A DNA stretch of 63,250 nucleotides, the filler included, from Choristocarpus tenellus KU-1152 (Eukaryota > Protista > Phaeophyceae), in NCBI GenBank assembly GCA_964200185.2. It is 11 parts of 11 records of this genome, joined end to end, with 100 filler letters (N's around TTAATTAATTAA, not from the genome) between each part and the next. Parts side by side here need not be neighbours in the genome. Positions count along the whole stretch, not along the records: positions 41,412 to 44,080 come from CAXNAD020025796.1; positions 44,181 to 48,378 come from CAXNAD020015742.1; positions 48,479 to 52,190 come from CAXNAD020018361.1; positions 52,291 to 59,635 come from CAXNAD020006299.1; 7 more parts are not named here. The stretch is one strand, 5' to 3'. The position numbers were made by a program, and so were the translations under genes. Below, piece by piece: positions 41,413 through 54,334 of the stretch; position 1 is the stretch's first letter, and each line of letters opens with the position of its first letter. The notes below the pieces were generated by a model. The model made no database searches, was not told where the DNA came from, and saw only the letters and a program-made list of their open reading frames with translations.

Positions 41413-41529
41413 CTTAACAACGGGCGTGCCGCTCAGATGGGTATCCTGGCCATGATGGTTCACGAGGAGCTCTCCAACCAGCCTTATATCATCAATGACC
41501 TTGTGGGCGCATCATACTCTTTCAACTAG
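41413..41529 (+). CDS. LHCF: Fucoxanthin-chlorophyll a/c binding protein (LHCF/FCP), C-terminal part
   Basis: LNNGRAAQMGILAMMVHEELSNQPYIINDLVGASYSFN*, the third-helix (E)LNNGRAAQMG motif; missed by the ORF track. Confidence 0.93.
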   Translation, partial: LNNGRAAQMGILAMMVHEELSNQPYIINDLVGASYSFN

Positions 41530-42329
41530 ATTGTCTTATTACTATAGATTTTTGATACCTTTGCATCATTACGAAGCTCTTGATTTTGTGGATGTGCCGG
41601 ATTGGTAGTGCAGTTAGATAGGTTGGTGGTGGCTTGTTCTGTACAGTAGATTTACTAGGGTATCACAAGCCCAAAGTGTTTTGTATGAAAAAGGTGGATT
41701 GTAAAGGAAATAAATGAAAATGAAACCATTCACGTCTTGGCAAATCCTTCTTCCTGGATTTAGTTGCAAACCCCATCACACGTTGTCTTTGGTGAGGAAG
41801 AAGAGGATAAGTTTTGGGGTACAAGTAGCCTTCATACAAACATGCACTATGCTGAGGTAATGCCCAAGTGGGAGCAGTAAATATAGTTTTATCATTTAAT
41901 GACTAGTGAAAACCAGAAGATATCCAAGAAACCTGGTCGTTTACATCCTTCGTACAGCTGGTGAAGAATGTGACCCCTCTTGCACAAGTTAGGATTATGA
42001 CGTGTTGTCATCATGAGAGATACTGTTGTCAGTGGCGACCCCTAGACAATTTAGACATCTGTTCAAGACTTTCCTCTTGCAATCCATTGTCTTAGCGATC
42101 TTTCAACAAGGAAAAAGTAGCCCCCATTCTTATCTCACGTCTACGTTCACTGTGGACCACTTTGAAGGTTAATGTGAACTACGTAAGTCACAGCTAAACA
42201 TTGTAATAATATACTTTCATACAGCTTGCTTACAAATTTTTTCTATAGGGTAGCATAAGACACAACACCATCTGGGCCATTCTCATGGTATTACTCGGCA
42301 ATTTGTCTGCTTAATGATCTGTGTTGCCT

Positions 42330-44060
42330 TTATCCCCTTTTCTTCCAGGGATAGTACGTATTGCTGTCCTTCCTTGCTTTGCTACTGGGGCTGTTAAAAT
42401 AAAAGTGACAACTGGAGAAACTTATCTTTCTGGCGGAACCTACCCTTGATACCAGTGCATAGGGTTCATTGCACCCTGTGGAACCCTCATCTGAGGTCCC
42501 ATTTGTCATACTTTTTCGCATAAATCTTTGAAACCCTAACCCTAACTTGTGTGTGAAGCCATTCCTAACCAGGGGGGAGGCTCACGCGTGCACTTCAGCA
42601 GCACCCCTTCCTGACCATCAAGGTTGCTAGTAGCCGTTACTGCCATCAATGCAAATAAAATAAGGAGGATTACCCAATGCGATGATCGCTCAACAATAGC
42701 ATTGATTTGCCCTATCTTCAAGGTCGATCTCGTGAAAATGCTCAAGGGGGGGCTCTTACTGCCCGTTCCTAGAGCAAATAGTACTGCATGTTGTACCTTA
42801 GCACTATCGAGCGTTATTATTAGATTAAGTGTAGACGAATGCTCATCCTCTCTTCTTATGCAATCAGTCAGTCTCCTGATATGGGGACTTAGTTGCATTT
42901 CAGGAATCGGAAACTGGACATCCACCACAGATTTGACAAGTCAAATATGCTAGATAGAAAAAGGGGACAGATGATTCGTCTTTTTCCCATAATATTTGTC
43001 CAAGTACAGGTAATTATCTGGGCGGGTATAATTCTGTTGACAAGCGCAAAGAGACAATTGCAACATGAGGTGCAAGGGTTAGGTACGAGCCGAAGTATCT
43101 TAGAGGGTAGAGCCGCGTCCATTTGGGGGCAAAGTTCAATGTTGCAATTTTGATGTTATTTTGGCTATTGTGTGCGTTAGGAAGTGTCAATATCGATGTT
43201 CTGGACACACCTTTTAATAACATGTACATTTTACCTACTCTGAAACAATTTGGAGAAGGAAAATGTTATAAACGCCCATGGGAAGCCAAGCCCCAAATGG
43301 ACAAACAGGGCAAAACTCGTACCCTCTAAGATACTTTCACTCGTATACAACATAATAAGGAGAACGCTGAAGGGACACTCAAGCGAGATGGAATTATGAT
43401 ATCTGCCACATATTTGTTTGAGCTTCAGATATAAACATACGTACTGTGTTTGGAGGGTACAGACAACACTCCCACCTCAGTAGAAATAGAGAAGTAAACG
43501 GGGTTGCATTTTATGAATGCTGACAAATGTGCAGATTTGGGCTTTAAGTACCAATCAATGCACATTAGGAATTTTTCTGAATTCTGGAGAAAAAAAAATT
43601 TACAAACAATAGAGGAATCAATGCTCTCAAGTCAATCTTACCTCTTCATACATAGAAACCAGGGTGGTTAAGGAGATATATGATAAAAGAGTGACTTTAT
43701 ATGCAAAACGGGTAAAATTTGGGTACCTCTCCCTTACCCAGGCTCACCTTGGTCCCTCTGGTTGCATTGATTAGAGTGCATATTCCACATCTCCCATCAT
43801 TGATGTTTTCCACATATTATACGTCAAAATTCCTCATCCTCAAGCGCCCAGAAAGGAGATCAGTGACACCCTCACATTGTCCATTTCGAGTGGCAGGGAG
43901 TAAGTTTGTAGGTGATTGTTTGTAGATACCACTTTCTGACACCTCAAGAGGGAACTTATCCCACTGTGAACATAGGTTACCAAGAGTACCAAGTGCAAAC
44001 CAAGTCGGCGTCCCTTTGGGATACTCGCCTGCTCCATGTCTGGCACAGGGTACAAGTAAA
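42330..44060 (-). pseudogene. Exon-like remnants of an unidentified gene
   Basis: Protein-like frames at 42542-42928 and ~43750-44050; the latter ends in AAG|GTGAGC and has one internal TAA. No recognisable domain. Confidence 0.3.
43087..43342. mobile_element. MITE family 1, TSD GTAC/GTAT
   Basis: GAGCCGAAGTATCTTAGAGGGTAG ... TACCCTCTAAGATACTTTCACTC. Confidence 0.92.
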
Positions 44061-44180
44061 GGCTCAAAGTATCTGGGGGGNNNNNNNNNNNNNNNNNNNN
44101 NNNNNNNNNNNNNNNNNNNNNNNNTTAATTAATTAANNNNNNNNNNNNNNNNNNNNNNNNNNNNNNNNNNNNNNNNNNNN

Positions 44181-44294
44181 TTTTTTTTATTAATAGGCCG
44201 CCCCCCACCCCCCCCCCCCCCCCTCCCCCCCCCCCCCCCCTTCCGATCCCCAACCCCCCCCCCCCCCCCCCCCCCCCCCCAGATACTTTGACCC
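44181..44294. mobile_element. MITE family 2 right end; a left end also lies at 44061-44080 on the previous contig
   Basis: polyC-AGATACTTTGACCC; GGCTCAAAGTATCTGGGGGG at 44061. Confidence 0.7.
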
Positions 44295-45806
44295 TGGTGG
44301 CATAATTAATATTGGGGTACTTTGGAAAGGGTTTGTTCACCGCATCCGGAAACAAAATTCATTATCGCTTGATGAGCACTGTCAGAGTGAGAGAGGTGAT
44401 CGTCTGGGGCACTACAGGGCATTTTCATGATAGCACGCATAGCTGCAGACAGCTGCTGATACAAAACCTGTTGTGGTATATGGAGAAAGCTCCTCTTGCC
44501 CCTACGAGGAAAACACCAGGACCAATGGAGTGGGGTAGAAAAAAAATATGTAAACTATTTTCTGAGCATAGATGATCAAGTATGGGGTGGTCCTTTCAAA
44601 ATATGTACATTGAATATGCACTGATCAGTTCCTCTTCATCTGCTTTCTTCTCTCACTATATAACCCAACTCGTTCAAGTGACCAATGCACATACATGAAA
44701 GTGGTGCATGCAGTAAGACACGAGTTTAGAAGCTTGTACCTAAAAGGGGAGCACGACTTGGGGTCTAGTTTAGCACGTTGCACTCAGGACTACTCCAGGC
44801 TGTGTCTAGTATTCACGTGAGTGTACTGGGGGGGGGGGGGGTGATTCTAACATAGGGCTGCCCTAAATCATTTTTTTGTTTTGTTAGGGGAAAAACCAGA
44901 AGATGTTGATAGTGTTGGCAAAATGATAGTAGTATTAATAGTAATGAGAACAGCAAAACAGCTGTCCTATATGTCAGGAAAGGGTGGAGGTGTCCTATAT
45001 GTACTCACTCCTTCTTGAACGGTGGAGTTGTCTGCATTAGCTGAGAGGGACGTTGGCAGCAGCCTGGTACAAGTACGAGTTTATCTCCTCCACCTTAAAT
45101 TACCTCTAACCTACCCAATACAGCTTGCGTCCCTGAGCATAACGAGCCCCCAATGAGTAGCAACCTTCAATCAATAGTAGGGTCCACTGGTAACTACAAC
45201 AGCCCTCCAGTCTCTATTCTTAGGGTTCCCCCCGAACTGCAAACCACCTCCAATGCCCTTTGCCCACCCCACAGCACACATTGCTGCGGATGTGGTCACA
45301 CTGTACTCCTGCAGTCCTTCCAGGACCGCTTCCGAAGTATAAAGTAGAGTTCAACGGATTTAACGATAAAGAATGTGCCAGAGATTTCAAAATGACAAGT
45401 GCCACTGAAAGGGTGTGACGTTTGTCCCAAAACAGATGCGGTTGGGAATGTGGGAAGCTAAGTATAAATTTGCATAGTGGATTTCGAGATTGATCCATGT
45501 TTAGAACCGGTCTTGCACTATTGTTCAATGTGTGTTAGAAGAACCTGTCACCCCAAGATAAGTAATAACAAGATATTGAAATCATGTTATTCAATACAAG
45601 ATTGAGAAGAACCTTGGCATGGAAGGCAACCAGTGATGCGTTATTTTCTTTCCTACATGCCAATTTGAGTCAATAAGAAGACTGCACTCATGCCCCAAAA
45701 TTCCTATGGTCACCTTCTCAATATTGTCGCCGTAATTTTATCAGGCCCGATACCCTGATGCTGCACAGTCTACCAACCAGCAAGAAGGAGCAGGTCACCT
45801 CTATGG

Positions 45807-45853
45807 TTCTGTTAATGTTCTGTTAATGTTCTGTTAATGTTCTGTTAATGTTC
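45807..45853. repeat. 11-bp minisatellite (TTCTGTTAATG)x4
   Basis: Perfect tandem just inside the CYB5D1 intron. Confidence 0.9.
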
Positions 45854-45864
45854 CCGTCCATCAC

Positions 45865-46793
45865 CTGAATTTCTTCGATGGTGTCCTCACAAGCCACAAG
45901 CAGGCGGTCTTCCTGCTGCGACAGAATGTTCACAATTCGAATTGACCTCGCTTTTTTGGACAGCTGATAGGAACCAAAGAATGATACAATGGGGGATTAA
46001 GTAGAGAGATGACAGGTTGGTTGACACTATCTCCCAAAATGTTACTGAAAAACCTTTGGAGTTTGGGGCAGTTGCTGTAATCTTACTCCTCGTGTCCTCA
46101 TACTGAACCCTACGTTGCTGGGACACATTCACCACAAGTTTCATCTTTCCGCTGTTGGTGGGCCTCAAGAGGTTAATCATACACTACGCACTCTTAAGTT
46201 TCAATTTTATCTACCCTGTCGGTTGCTTCTCATCAATATTGTCAAATTGTCAATCTCTCACACCTGCACAATATTGGTGAGGACATCTCCCATCCTCGAC
46301 CCTATAGTATGCTATGCTACAGGACCACAGACACAATACTCTGAGTCTTTTTCAAGCCTTTCTGCCCTATTCAAGTCTCATCTCTACCTTCTGGGCGACA
46401 GACCTAGGATGCACATGCCCCCCCTGAATTTTCCATAGCATTGCTCTATAGGGATGGGCTCAGGGTGAGGACTACAACAACAACACCGAAGGCGTAGGAT
46501 AGGTGGACCGTATCTCCAGGTCAGTTCACCTTGCCCACAACAAGTCCATCATCCCTCCACCACGGAAGGCCAAAATTCGTGCTCCATGCTGTAGTTGGAA
46601 AGTTAGGTGCGACATGAAGAAAGCGGCCCATAGGTGAATAAGGCACGGTAAGCCCTGTCTCTTCTTCCACATAGGTGCGCGGATCTCGAGTCTTTGCAGA
46701 AAACCAATGTGTTACATCTGTGCCCGCTGCGGCAATTAATGGTTGAACAAGCGGCCCCCTGTTTTCCTCGATTAATCGGGTAACATCCAGAAC
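45865..46793 (-). CDS. CYB5D1: Cytochrome b5 domain-containing protein 1 (flagellar radial-spoke-associated), two internal exons
   Basis: Exons 46793-46530 (VLDVTRLIEENRGPLVQPLIAAAGTDVTHWF...PYSPMGRFLHV...LPWWRDDGLVVGK) and 45963-45865 (LSKKARSIRIVNILSQQEDRLLVACEDTIEEIQ); phase 0, canonical GT-AG; missed by the ORF track. Confidence 0.9.
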
Positions 46794-48292
46794 CTGAAAA
46801 GGTTGCAGTCGAAGTATTTGAGGTTTGATGGTATGGTCCCGGAAAGGGAGGTGATGTTGAGTTTTGTACTAGATGTACCTAGTCTGAGTATGTGAAACAT
46901 TATGTCACACAACAGATGAGAGCACCGATCTAGTAGTGCGAAACTTCTGCAGTGATGTATGTATCAGATTTCGTGTGAAAGGCATCCTCAGTGAAAGGCA
47001 TCCTCACAGCACGGCACTCTCTATCTCTCAACATCTCTCAAGTATCATTTTGCATCCGCAAGAGCTTTTTCTTGATGCATCACTAATCGCTGGAGAAACC
47101 TTTCTCATGACTGCTGGCCTGACACACTTGAGCTCTATTTCAAGAACCGAGCAAGGACTGCAAGAGGATAGTTGCAACAAGGCGAGAGGACTCAATCAGT
47201 GTTGCAGTGAAACCTCAAGTAAAGCGACGCCTATGGTAATTTAGGAGACTATGAAGGTATCAGCGGTATTATTTTGCACGATTTGTGCCTTGTTCGAGCA
47301 TCAGGGTTGCTCTGGCTCACCGAAAGCAGATGAAGTGCAAGATCCACATTTGATTGACACAAACAGGAATAATCCATATTAAAAAAACACACTACTTGCT
47401 TTGGAGCAGGACAAGGCTACCGTGGTAGACCCTCAAAAGGTAGCACGTTACTCAGAATATACAAAACAAACTGTTTGGCTTCCATGTCAATCCATAGTCA
47501 ATGGAAAAGCGAATTTTGAAGAGAGATTGAACCCTAAAGTAGTATGAATGCCATTAGGAACAGGTGAGAAGCTCCCCCCACATCATGCACGTATGGGTAT
47601 CATCTGGGGTTAAGTCTACCAGTTAAAAGAAATCTGCTTGCTTCTGCTGGAGGAACGAGCATGTGGCTTGAGAACTGGAGGATTCCTCATGAAAAATTGG
47701 TTAGTTGGAATTTCAATTTTCACAATCCAACGGCAACATGGGAGGGGGAGAGAGTAGGCGACAAATGAAGGACATCCATATGATCCATCTCTTGGCAAGG
47801 AAGGTGGAGGGTGCAATTTGTGCTGTATATTCTAGTACTTCATATATTTTCTTCATATTTTGTGGTTTTAAGTCACTGGGAGTCAAGGCCAATCAGCTAT
47901 ATGGAAACTTACTCCGAAATACTGCTTCATATGGTTTCAGTACACTTTACACATGTGAGAAGGGTAGTGAAGTGCATGCGTTGCCCCACTCCTACTCTCT
48001 ATTCGTGTTTCGATTGATGATAAAATAGTGCTGTGTACCAAACGAATTTGCCGGCTCCCTCTATTTCCTCAAGCAAAGTAAGTACATGCAATATCGTGTA
48101 CTTCTCTTATGAGGACCAAACAAATTCAAATCCTGATATCAATCCTTACAAGAGGTGGTCAAAATTGAATTCTACTTATGGAAATTTTGGCGTTGCTTCT
48201 AACTCAAGCACTTGTTTAGGTGCCCATTAGATGTCAGGAGGCAGTTTTGTGCCAAGTGTATGTGACACCTGAACCAATTCGAACATGAAGCG

Positions 48293-48378
48293 AACCCAAA
48301 GTATCTGGGGGGGGGGGGGGGGTCTACCCCAGGGGGTCAATTTGGCCCAAAAACAGGAGAAGAGAATTAACAGAATTA
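48293..48378. mobile_element. MITE family 2 left end at contig end
   Basis: ACCCAAAGTATCTG-polyG-TCTACCCCAGG. Confidence 0.8.
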
Positions 48379-48549
48379 NNNNNNNNNNNNNNNNNNNNNN
48401 NNNNNNNNNNNNNNNNNNNNNNTTAATTAATTAANNNNNNNNNNNNNNNNNNNNNNNNNNNNNNNNNNNNNNNNNNNNTGGTGGTTCTCACCACCTCCCA
48501 TCACACAGAACCAGGTCCCATTACAAATACACCACTTCCCTTACTATTG

Positions 48550-49232
48550 AAAATAACTGTTCCACTATAAGTTGGCTGAGAAGAGAGCTTCGGGGGGGAG
48601 GACAAAACATATAGATATTAGATATCATTATGTATGGAACTTGGTGAAGGAGGGGAAGGCACAGATTGTCTATGTCAACTCAGGTGAACAACATGGAGAT
48701 TTGTTTACGAAGCCTTTGAGCAGTAACATGTTTGAATTCCACTCTAGAACTATCATGCATTGTGACTAAGGGGTAGTGTGCAGATTGAGTTCATTCGATT
48801 CTTGTTACATGGACATAGCAGGGGAGTGTCTCAAGATTTTGCTTGTCCATAATATGTGGGAATGAGATTCGAAGTGTGCAAATTGAGTTGATTTGATGCT
48901 GGGAGTTTGTTTTGGACTGGTTTGATTCTCACTACATAGAGCAGGGGAGTGTTTTAAGATTTGCTTGACCATTTGTGAGAATAAGATTCGAAATAATATC
49001 TTACGTACACACAGACGATAATGCGGGACATTGGTGGAATGCTAGAGTCGGAGTTTTTCTGACGTGTGCTAGAGAACTGTTGAGTCATTTGGTATTCTGA
49101 GTCATTTACTGTAAGGTTTGGTGAGCCGCATCTAGTGATGGTGTCTCACTCTCTTCTCATCTGTGACACAAGCTAATAAATAATAATATAACTCGCTGTG
49201 TGGGGCAACAGATCGTCAAGGACAGCTTAACA
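48550..49232 (+). mobile_element. Ty1/Copia LTR retrotransposon 3' end (RNase H C-terminus, PPT, probable 3' LTR)
   Basis: RTKHIDIRYHYVWNLVKEG...EQHGDLFTKPL (48572-48769); PPT AGCAGGGGAG followed by TGTT at 48950; candidate LTR end TTAACA at 49232. Confidence 0.85.
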
Positions 49233-49349
49233 AGTTCTTTCGATGTTGTTTGAAAGGTACTTCGATTGAAGCAATCATTATTCACAAATTCGTAAGACAA
49301 GAAAATACACTTTTCTCTAGTTCCACGTTACTACTTGAAGTTCGACAAT

Positions 49350-49614
49350 GAGTGAAAGTATCTTAGAGGGTGCGAGTTTCGCCCTTTTTGTCCACTACTT
49401 GGGGCTTGGCTTCCCATGTTTTTTTTTATGACATTTTCCTACTACTCCAAAATATTTCGGAGTGGGTAAAATATATGTGTTATGAAATGGTGTGTCCAAA
49501 ATATGGATATTGACACTTCCTAGCAAACACGATAGCCAAAATTACACCAAAATCGCAACATCGGATTTAGGCCCCCCAATGGACGCGGCTCTACCCTCTA
49601 CGATACTTTGGCTC
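49350..49614. mobile_element. MITE family 1 without a matching TSD
   Basis: GAGTGAAAGTATCTTAGAGGGT ... TACCCTCTACGATACTTTGGCTC; flanks CAAT/TTTT. Confidence 0.9.
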
Positions 49615-50541
49615 TTTTTTCCTCCCTCGGGAACATGTGCACCATATCTTGTTCGCGGATAAGGTAGAACCACGCTCGCCAATTTCAATAGTGTTGAGGC
49701 CAGTCCCGTAGGTCTTGCGATTGCGGGAGATCTGGTCGAGGATGAAGTCCACCCTGTTCTTCTTGTGAGAAAAAGAAAGGCTAGGGATTACGCGCCGCTG
49801 AACCCTCATTGCCCCCATGGCTTCGAGCCAGCGATGACCTGCCGACTGCGAAGCCCACTTCGGTGGGCTTGGGTTAAAGTTGGTCGATAGTCAGCGTGCG
49901 ATTACTGGTTTTTATTTCCCAGATCTTCGCCTGTTTCGTTGGTGTATAGTCCGACGGCTGTCCGGATTGTGCTCGTGATTTCAGGGAGATGGTATTCCCC
50001 CCTGTCTAACTTTTCTTGGATGTGCGCCAACACCCTTCTAGGGTGTCTCTCTCCCAATCCAAACTCTTTCGCCAATTTAGACCCCACACCCCTCAGGAAC
50101 CTCTCGTCACCTGGAGGAATATCCAATGCATAACGCAGCGCAAGTGCGGTCCAACCTTCCACGGTCAGCTTGCGGTTTTTTCCCCAAGACGATGGGTTTC
50201 GTGCCTGGGACGACAGGGTGTGGGGACTCGCCATGGGGGTTGTGAGAGTGTTGTGTGGCTCCCCACTGGAATATTAAAAAATGACAAGAAATTGCCCCAT
50301 TCTGACCCAAAATATCTGGGGGGGAGGGGGTTTACACTGGGGTGTCCATTTGGACCAAAATCAGGAAATGTGCAATTACATTGTTCATCCGACGTATGAA
50401 AAACCAAAATACACAAATCAACCAAATCACCCAAAAATCGCAACATGAAAAAAATGACCCGAAATGGACCGCCGTCAGCCCCCGCAGATACTTTGAGCCT
50501 CTGCATTCCATTCTTTCGGAACAATTTCAGAACAGAATTCT
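49615..50541 (-). mobile_element. Second plant-type mariner relic: transposase N-terminal half and degenerate 5' TIR
   Basis: ORF fragments 50234-49902 and 49850-49615 with RVIPSLSFSHKKNRVDFILDQ...NTIEIGE, resembling the KPxL...RVDFIL...HIDE region; possible TIR remnant ~50523-50541. Confidence 0.7.
50304..50499. mobile_element. MITE family 2, TSD TCT
   Basis: GACCCAAAATATCTGGGGGG ... CCCCGCAGATACTTTGAGCC flanked by TCT/TCT. Confidence 0.9.
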
Positions 50542-52759
50542 TGGTATAATTTGTTGACATTTAGTTTGTCAAGGGAATAGGAGTACTAAGAGTGAAGTTT
50601 ACGATAGATGCTATCTGTTACAACACAAGTGACTGCGTCAAGATGTGTCATGTGTTTTAAGCTGGAAGCACCACGGAGTTGGGTAAAAGGAGGGGCCTGT
50701 CAGATTGTGGGTATGCTTTCCCAGCTCGTTGCCCTGTGGATTAAGGCTAAGGTAGGTTGGAGGCAAAGGAGGGGAGTGGTGTAGCATAGCTGGTAATCAA
50801 ATAGTAAATAGATTATAGAAGGATATCGTTCACATTTACGACAAATACTTTTACAGGGGTTCTTATGATATTGAATTGGCTTTACATTGGCTTGTCCCCT
50901 TAGACATCAGCAAAATGTCAGAGGGCAGCAAAATATATATAGTGTATTACTTCTGGTCGTAGTATATGTCTGAAACGAAGAGAATCCATTTGTGGGATTG
51001 GTCTCTTGAAGAGATCCAATGCAATCAGTTTCAGTGAAGATCATCCACTATAACCCAACATTCCGGACATATGCATCCGAGGCAGTGAGTACCTCAAAGT
51101 CTGTTCCCATTTTCCTTTGTCATCAATACAATATTTTATAATAGTGTAATACATTCAAACAAAACATAGATTTACCTTCATGACATCAGCATAAGGATGC
51201 GTAGATCTATACCAATTACCTTACGTTGGACCAGCAAGAGGATATGTGGATCTATACTAGTACCTTACACTGGACCAGCAAGATATGATGGGACCGGTTC
51301 AGGGACTGGTCTGGGTGAAACATGTCTGTATTGTGACCAGTCCTTGAATCATCAGAGAGAGTAAGCCGACTGGATCCAGGACTGGCCTGAGCTGAACATT
51401 TGATGCAACATAATAGGGGGGGGGCAGAGAGATCAACATTATTAGCCGGGCTGGGATGTGGACCTGTCAGGGCAAACCATGTGCTAAGAGGGTTGGTTGG
51501 ATGGGTAAAGAATTTGACTGGACTGGGCTGTGGCCTAGCCCTGTTTAGAACATATCGTGATAGGGATTCTTTGTGAGTGAGTATGATTTGGGAAGACTGT
51601 ATGTATTTGTTCGCCCTACGTTGTATGGATAGTGCAAAATGTGAAAGTGGAAATTACATCCTTTTCACCGATATAATTGGAAAAAATAGATGTTAGCACA
51701 TCGCAGCCAAATACTTGAAAGTGTACTGTTGCAGGTAACAAGTATTCAACAATTGTATTATTTTCTTTGCTTGTGGGGAGAAAATGAACTAGCAGCAGAA
51801 ATATGGGAGCCATAGTTTATACGCAGCAGGAGGCTCCCTATTATTGGATTGATGGGCCACATCTCCGATGCATGCAACAACCTTTTAACAAGGTTCTTCT
51901 GTGCATTTTATGGGAGGCGAAGGAGAATCGTCAAAAGTTGGAGGACCACTTTAGCGAGTACTTGAGAGGGGGGACTTTCAACTTGATCTCACCGCTGTTG
52001 CCAAAGGTGAGTACTGCTCTGCTACTGTCACCCGGGTTGATGGCTTTACAGGCACTGAGACCTTGGACTCCTAGAACCTTAGCGACTGAGAGGTACAAAT
52101 GCTTTGACTCTTTTGCATTGTAAGTCATCTTTTATCTCACCCCCTACAAATACGCGCCCTATTTCATTGGAATATTTTCGCAATAAACAGNNNNNNNNNN
52201 NNNNNNNNNNNNNNNNNNNNNNNNNNNNNNNNNNTTAATTAATTAANNNNNNNNNNNNNNNNNNNNNNNNNNNNNNNNNNNNNNNNNNNNGGATTCAATT
52301 CAACACAATAATCTCATATACACAAAATAAGATACACTTCACTATTGTCCTATTTTGCACAGTGTGAGGATAACATAGTTGGGAATGTTTAACCCATCTT
52401 CAACCTGTAGATGTGTGTGTACCCCCCACTGTCCTTGAGGGATTCGATGGTGGCATCCGGGTTGGTTTACCACAGCACAGTGAACATGTGAACCGCTCCA
52501 AAGTCGAATTTGTCCTAGTCAGGTGCGCGTTAGGTGTGTGGAGAATAAGGTCACGTGATCAGGACAGAAGAACGTGGGAGCGGGAGTGGGTCTGTTGGTT
52601 AATGGCGTATGTCATAAGGTCGACAGCAATACACATGTATAAAACGTACATTCAAGCTCAGTATGCAAAGGCAGGGGTTATTACGGTGTTGTTGGGCCGT
52701 TAGTGATGGGTATTGGATGTACAAATGAGGGGAGATGGCTGCACGGCGCCTACACTTGA

Positions 52760-53992
52760 CATGTCGCGCTTCTTGTGCTCTCTCTCCACACACCGAGAAG
52801 GATCTCCTGTTCTTTTGTCTCTGGTGGAACATAATGAGGGGAAGAAACGGATCGGGTTGGTTGGATTACCGATGTGGAATCAATATGGATATGGGCAAGG
52901 AAAAATAGGCAATGCTTCACAATCGTTCCACGAATCGTTTCCTGTGGAAGGAGCCGCGAGAACCTCACCTTCTCCGGTGCATATGTACACAAGGGAGCCA
53001 ATTGCGTTGAAGAACTGGACAGAGATTTGGTCGGTGAGTTTACTCATCCCGGCTTCCATGTGTTTGTCCTCTCAAGCTTCTTTGAAGAAATCCTTTATCT
53101 TGGCAGCTACCCTCCTCTTAATATCCGTCTGTAACGCGGCGTCAACAGTCCGGAAGTCTATGTTTCCTAGACAGTATTGGTTGCTCCTGGTGACCAATGT
53201 CGCCATGCACGTGAGACGATCAGAGTCCTCATCCGTTTCCTGGATATAGGGGTGAGACCTGTAGCAACTGAAGTCGAGCCTATATTCCAGGATAGCGGCA
53301 ACCCAAGACACCATCCAATGGAATATGTCGAGAATGTTGGGCACATGCGACCTACTGGCCGCCACACTCTCTCTATCGAAATGGATTCAGCCTGTACGCG
53401 GTTGCAGTGTGGATATATCTTCCACATGAAGCTCCTATGATGGCCGATCTGTAGGTTCGCTCCAACGTACGAGGCCCATCGCGTTTGTTACGTGGGCCGG
53501 GAGGTCGATTCCACATGGGACATTTTTCTCCTTCGCAACTCATTCGATTGTCCTCAACACCATTATGTGGTGTTGTCCATTCAGGCAAAATAAGAGGTTG
53601 TCGTCGTCTATATCCCTGTTATCGCCATTATCGTTAATTTCCAGGTTGCCATTGGCGATGTAGTTTTCAAGTAGTTCGCCATTGGGCACACTAGAGGGCA
53701 TGTTTGCCCTGCGCATGTCGGCTTTGAAGTCGCTTATGGTTTGCCATCTCGAGCAGAGTGAAAAGGTTGCCCACTCAGGATCCCTGCGAGCCTATCGGTG
53801 GCGACCTGTCGGTCCGACCCCAGCTTCAAGAACATTGACTCCACTCTACCGTTGTCAAGAAGGTTGGCGTTGTACCTCTGTGACAAGAAGTCAGATGTGG
53901 CCAGGTCCATCGTACGTGTTGCGCTGAGGTTTGATGTGATCAAGTCTGTCATCTTTTGATCTTCAAGATTCCTTGGACCTCCAGTCAACTGT
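52760..53992 (-). pseudogene. Frameshifted, spliced gene of unknown function
   Basis: About 1 kb exon-like block from CTTCACAG| to GAAG|GTGAGG (~52970), open except for several frameshifts and a TGA; a short intron and a small exon follow. Confidence 0.5.
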
Positions 53993-54334
53993 CTGTGAAG
54001 ATAGGGGGGCAAATGTGACGGCAACGGTATCAACAAACGAGAAGGATATCGACGTAGGGGTGGATGCTATTGTTAGGTGATCACAGCAAGGGTATTTGGT
54101 ACGAACAGTGATAGGCTATGTGATTAATGATGACGGGATCTGTACGTAGTGCAAGCTTCGTGTTCATGCGTGGGCTATGCAAACGTGATATGAATAGGGC
54201 GTAGTGATGCTGTGGACATGAGGACGGCGTAGCGCTTTCCTTGAAGACCGCTATTTGCTAACATGTATTGAACGGTAAAACCTGTCGACATGGGATGAAT
54301 ATTGAATATGAGAACACACCAATACCGTACGTAG

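Noticed and set aside
14596-48378. MITEs at contig ends as programmed DNA breakage or elimination sites
   Set aside because: More simply explained by short-read assembly breaking at high-copy repeats and poly-G/C tracts.
35760-50541. Mariner relics as the autonomous partner of the G-N4-AAAGTA MITEs
   Set aside because: Mariners use TA TSDs and here have CTCCGTT-type TIRs; the MITEs have different TIRs and are inserted into the mariners.
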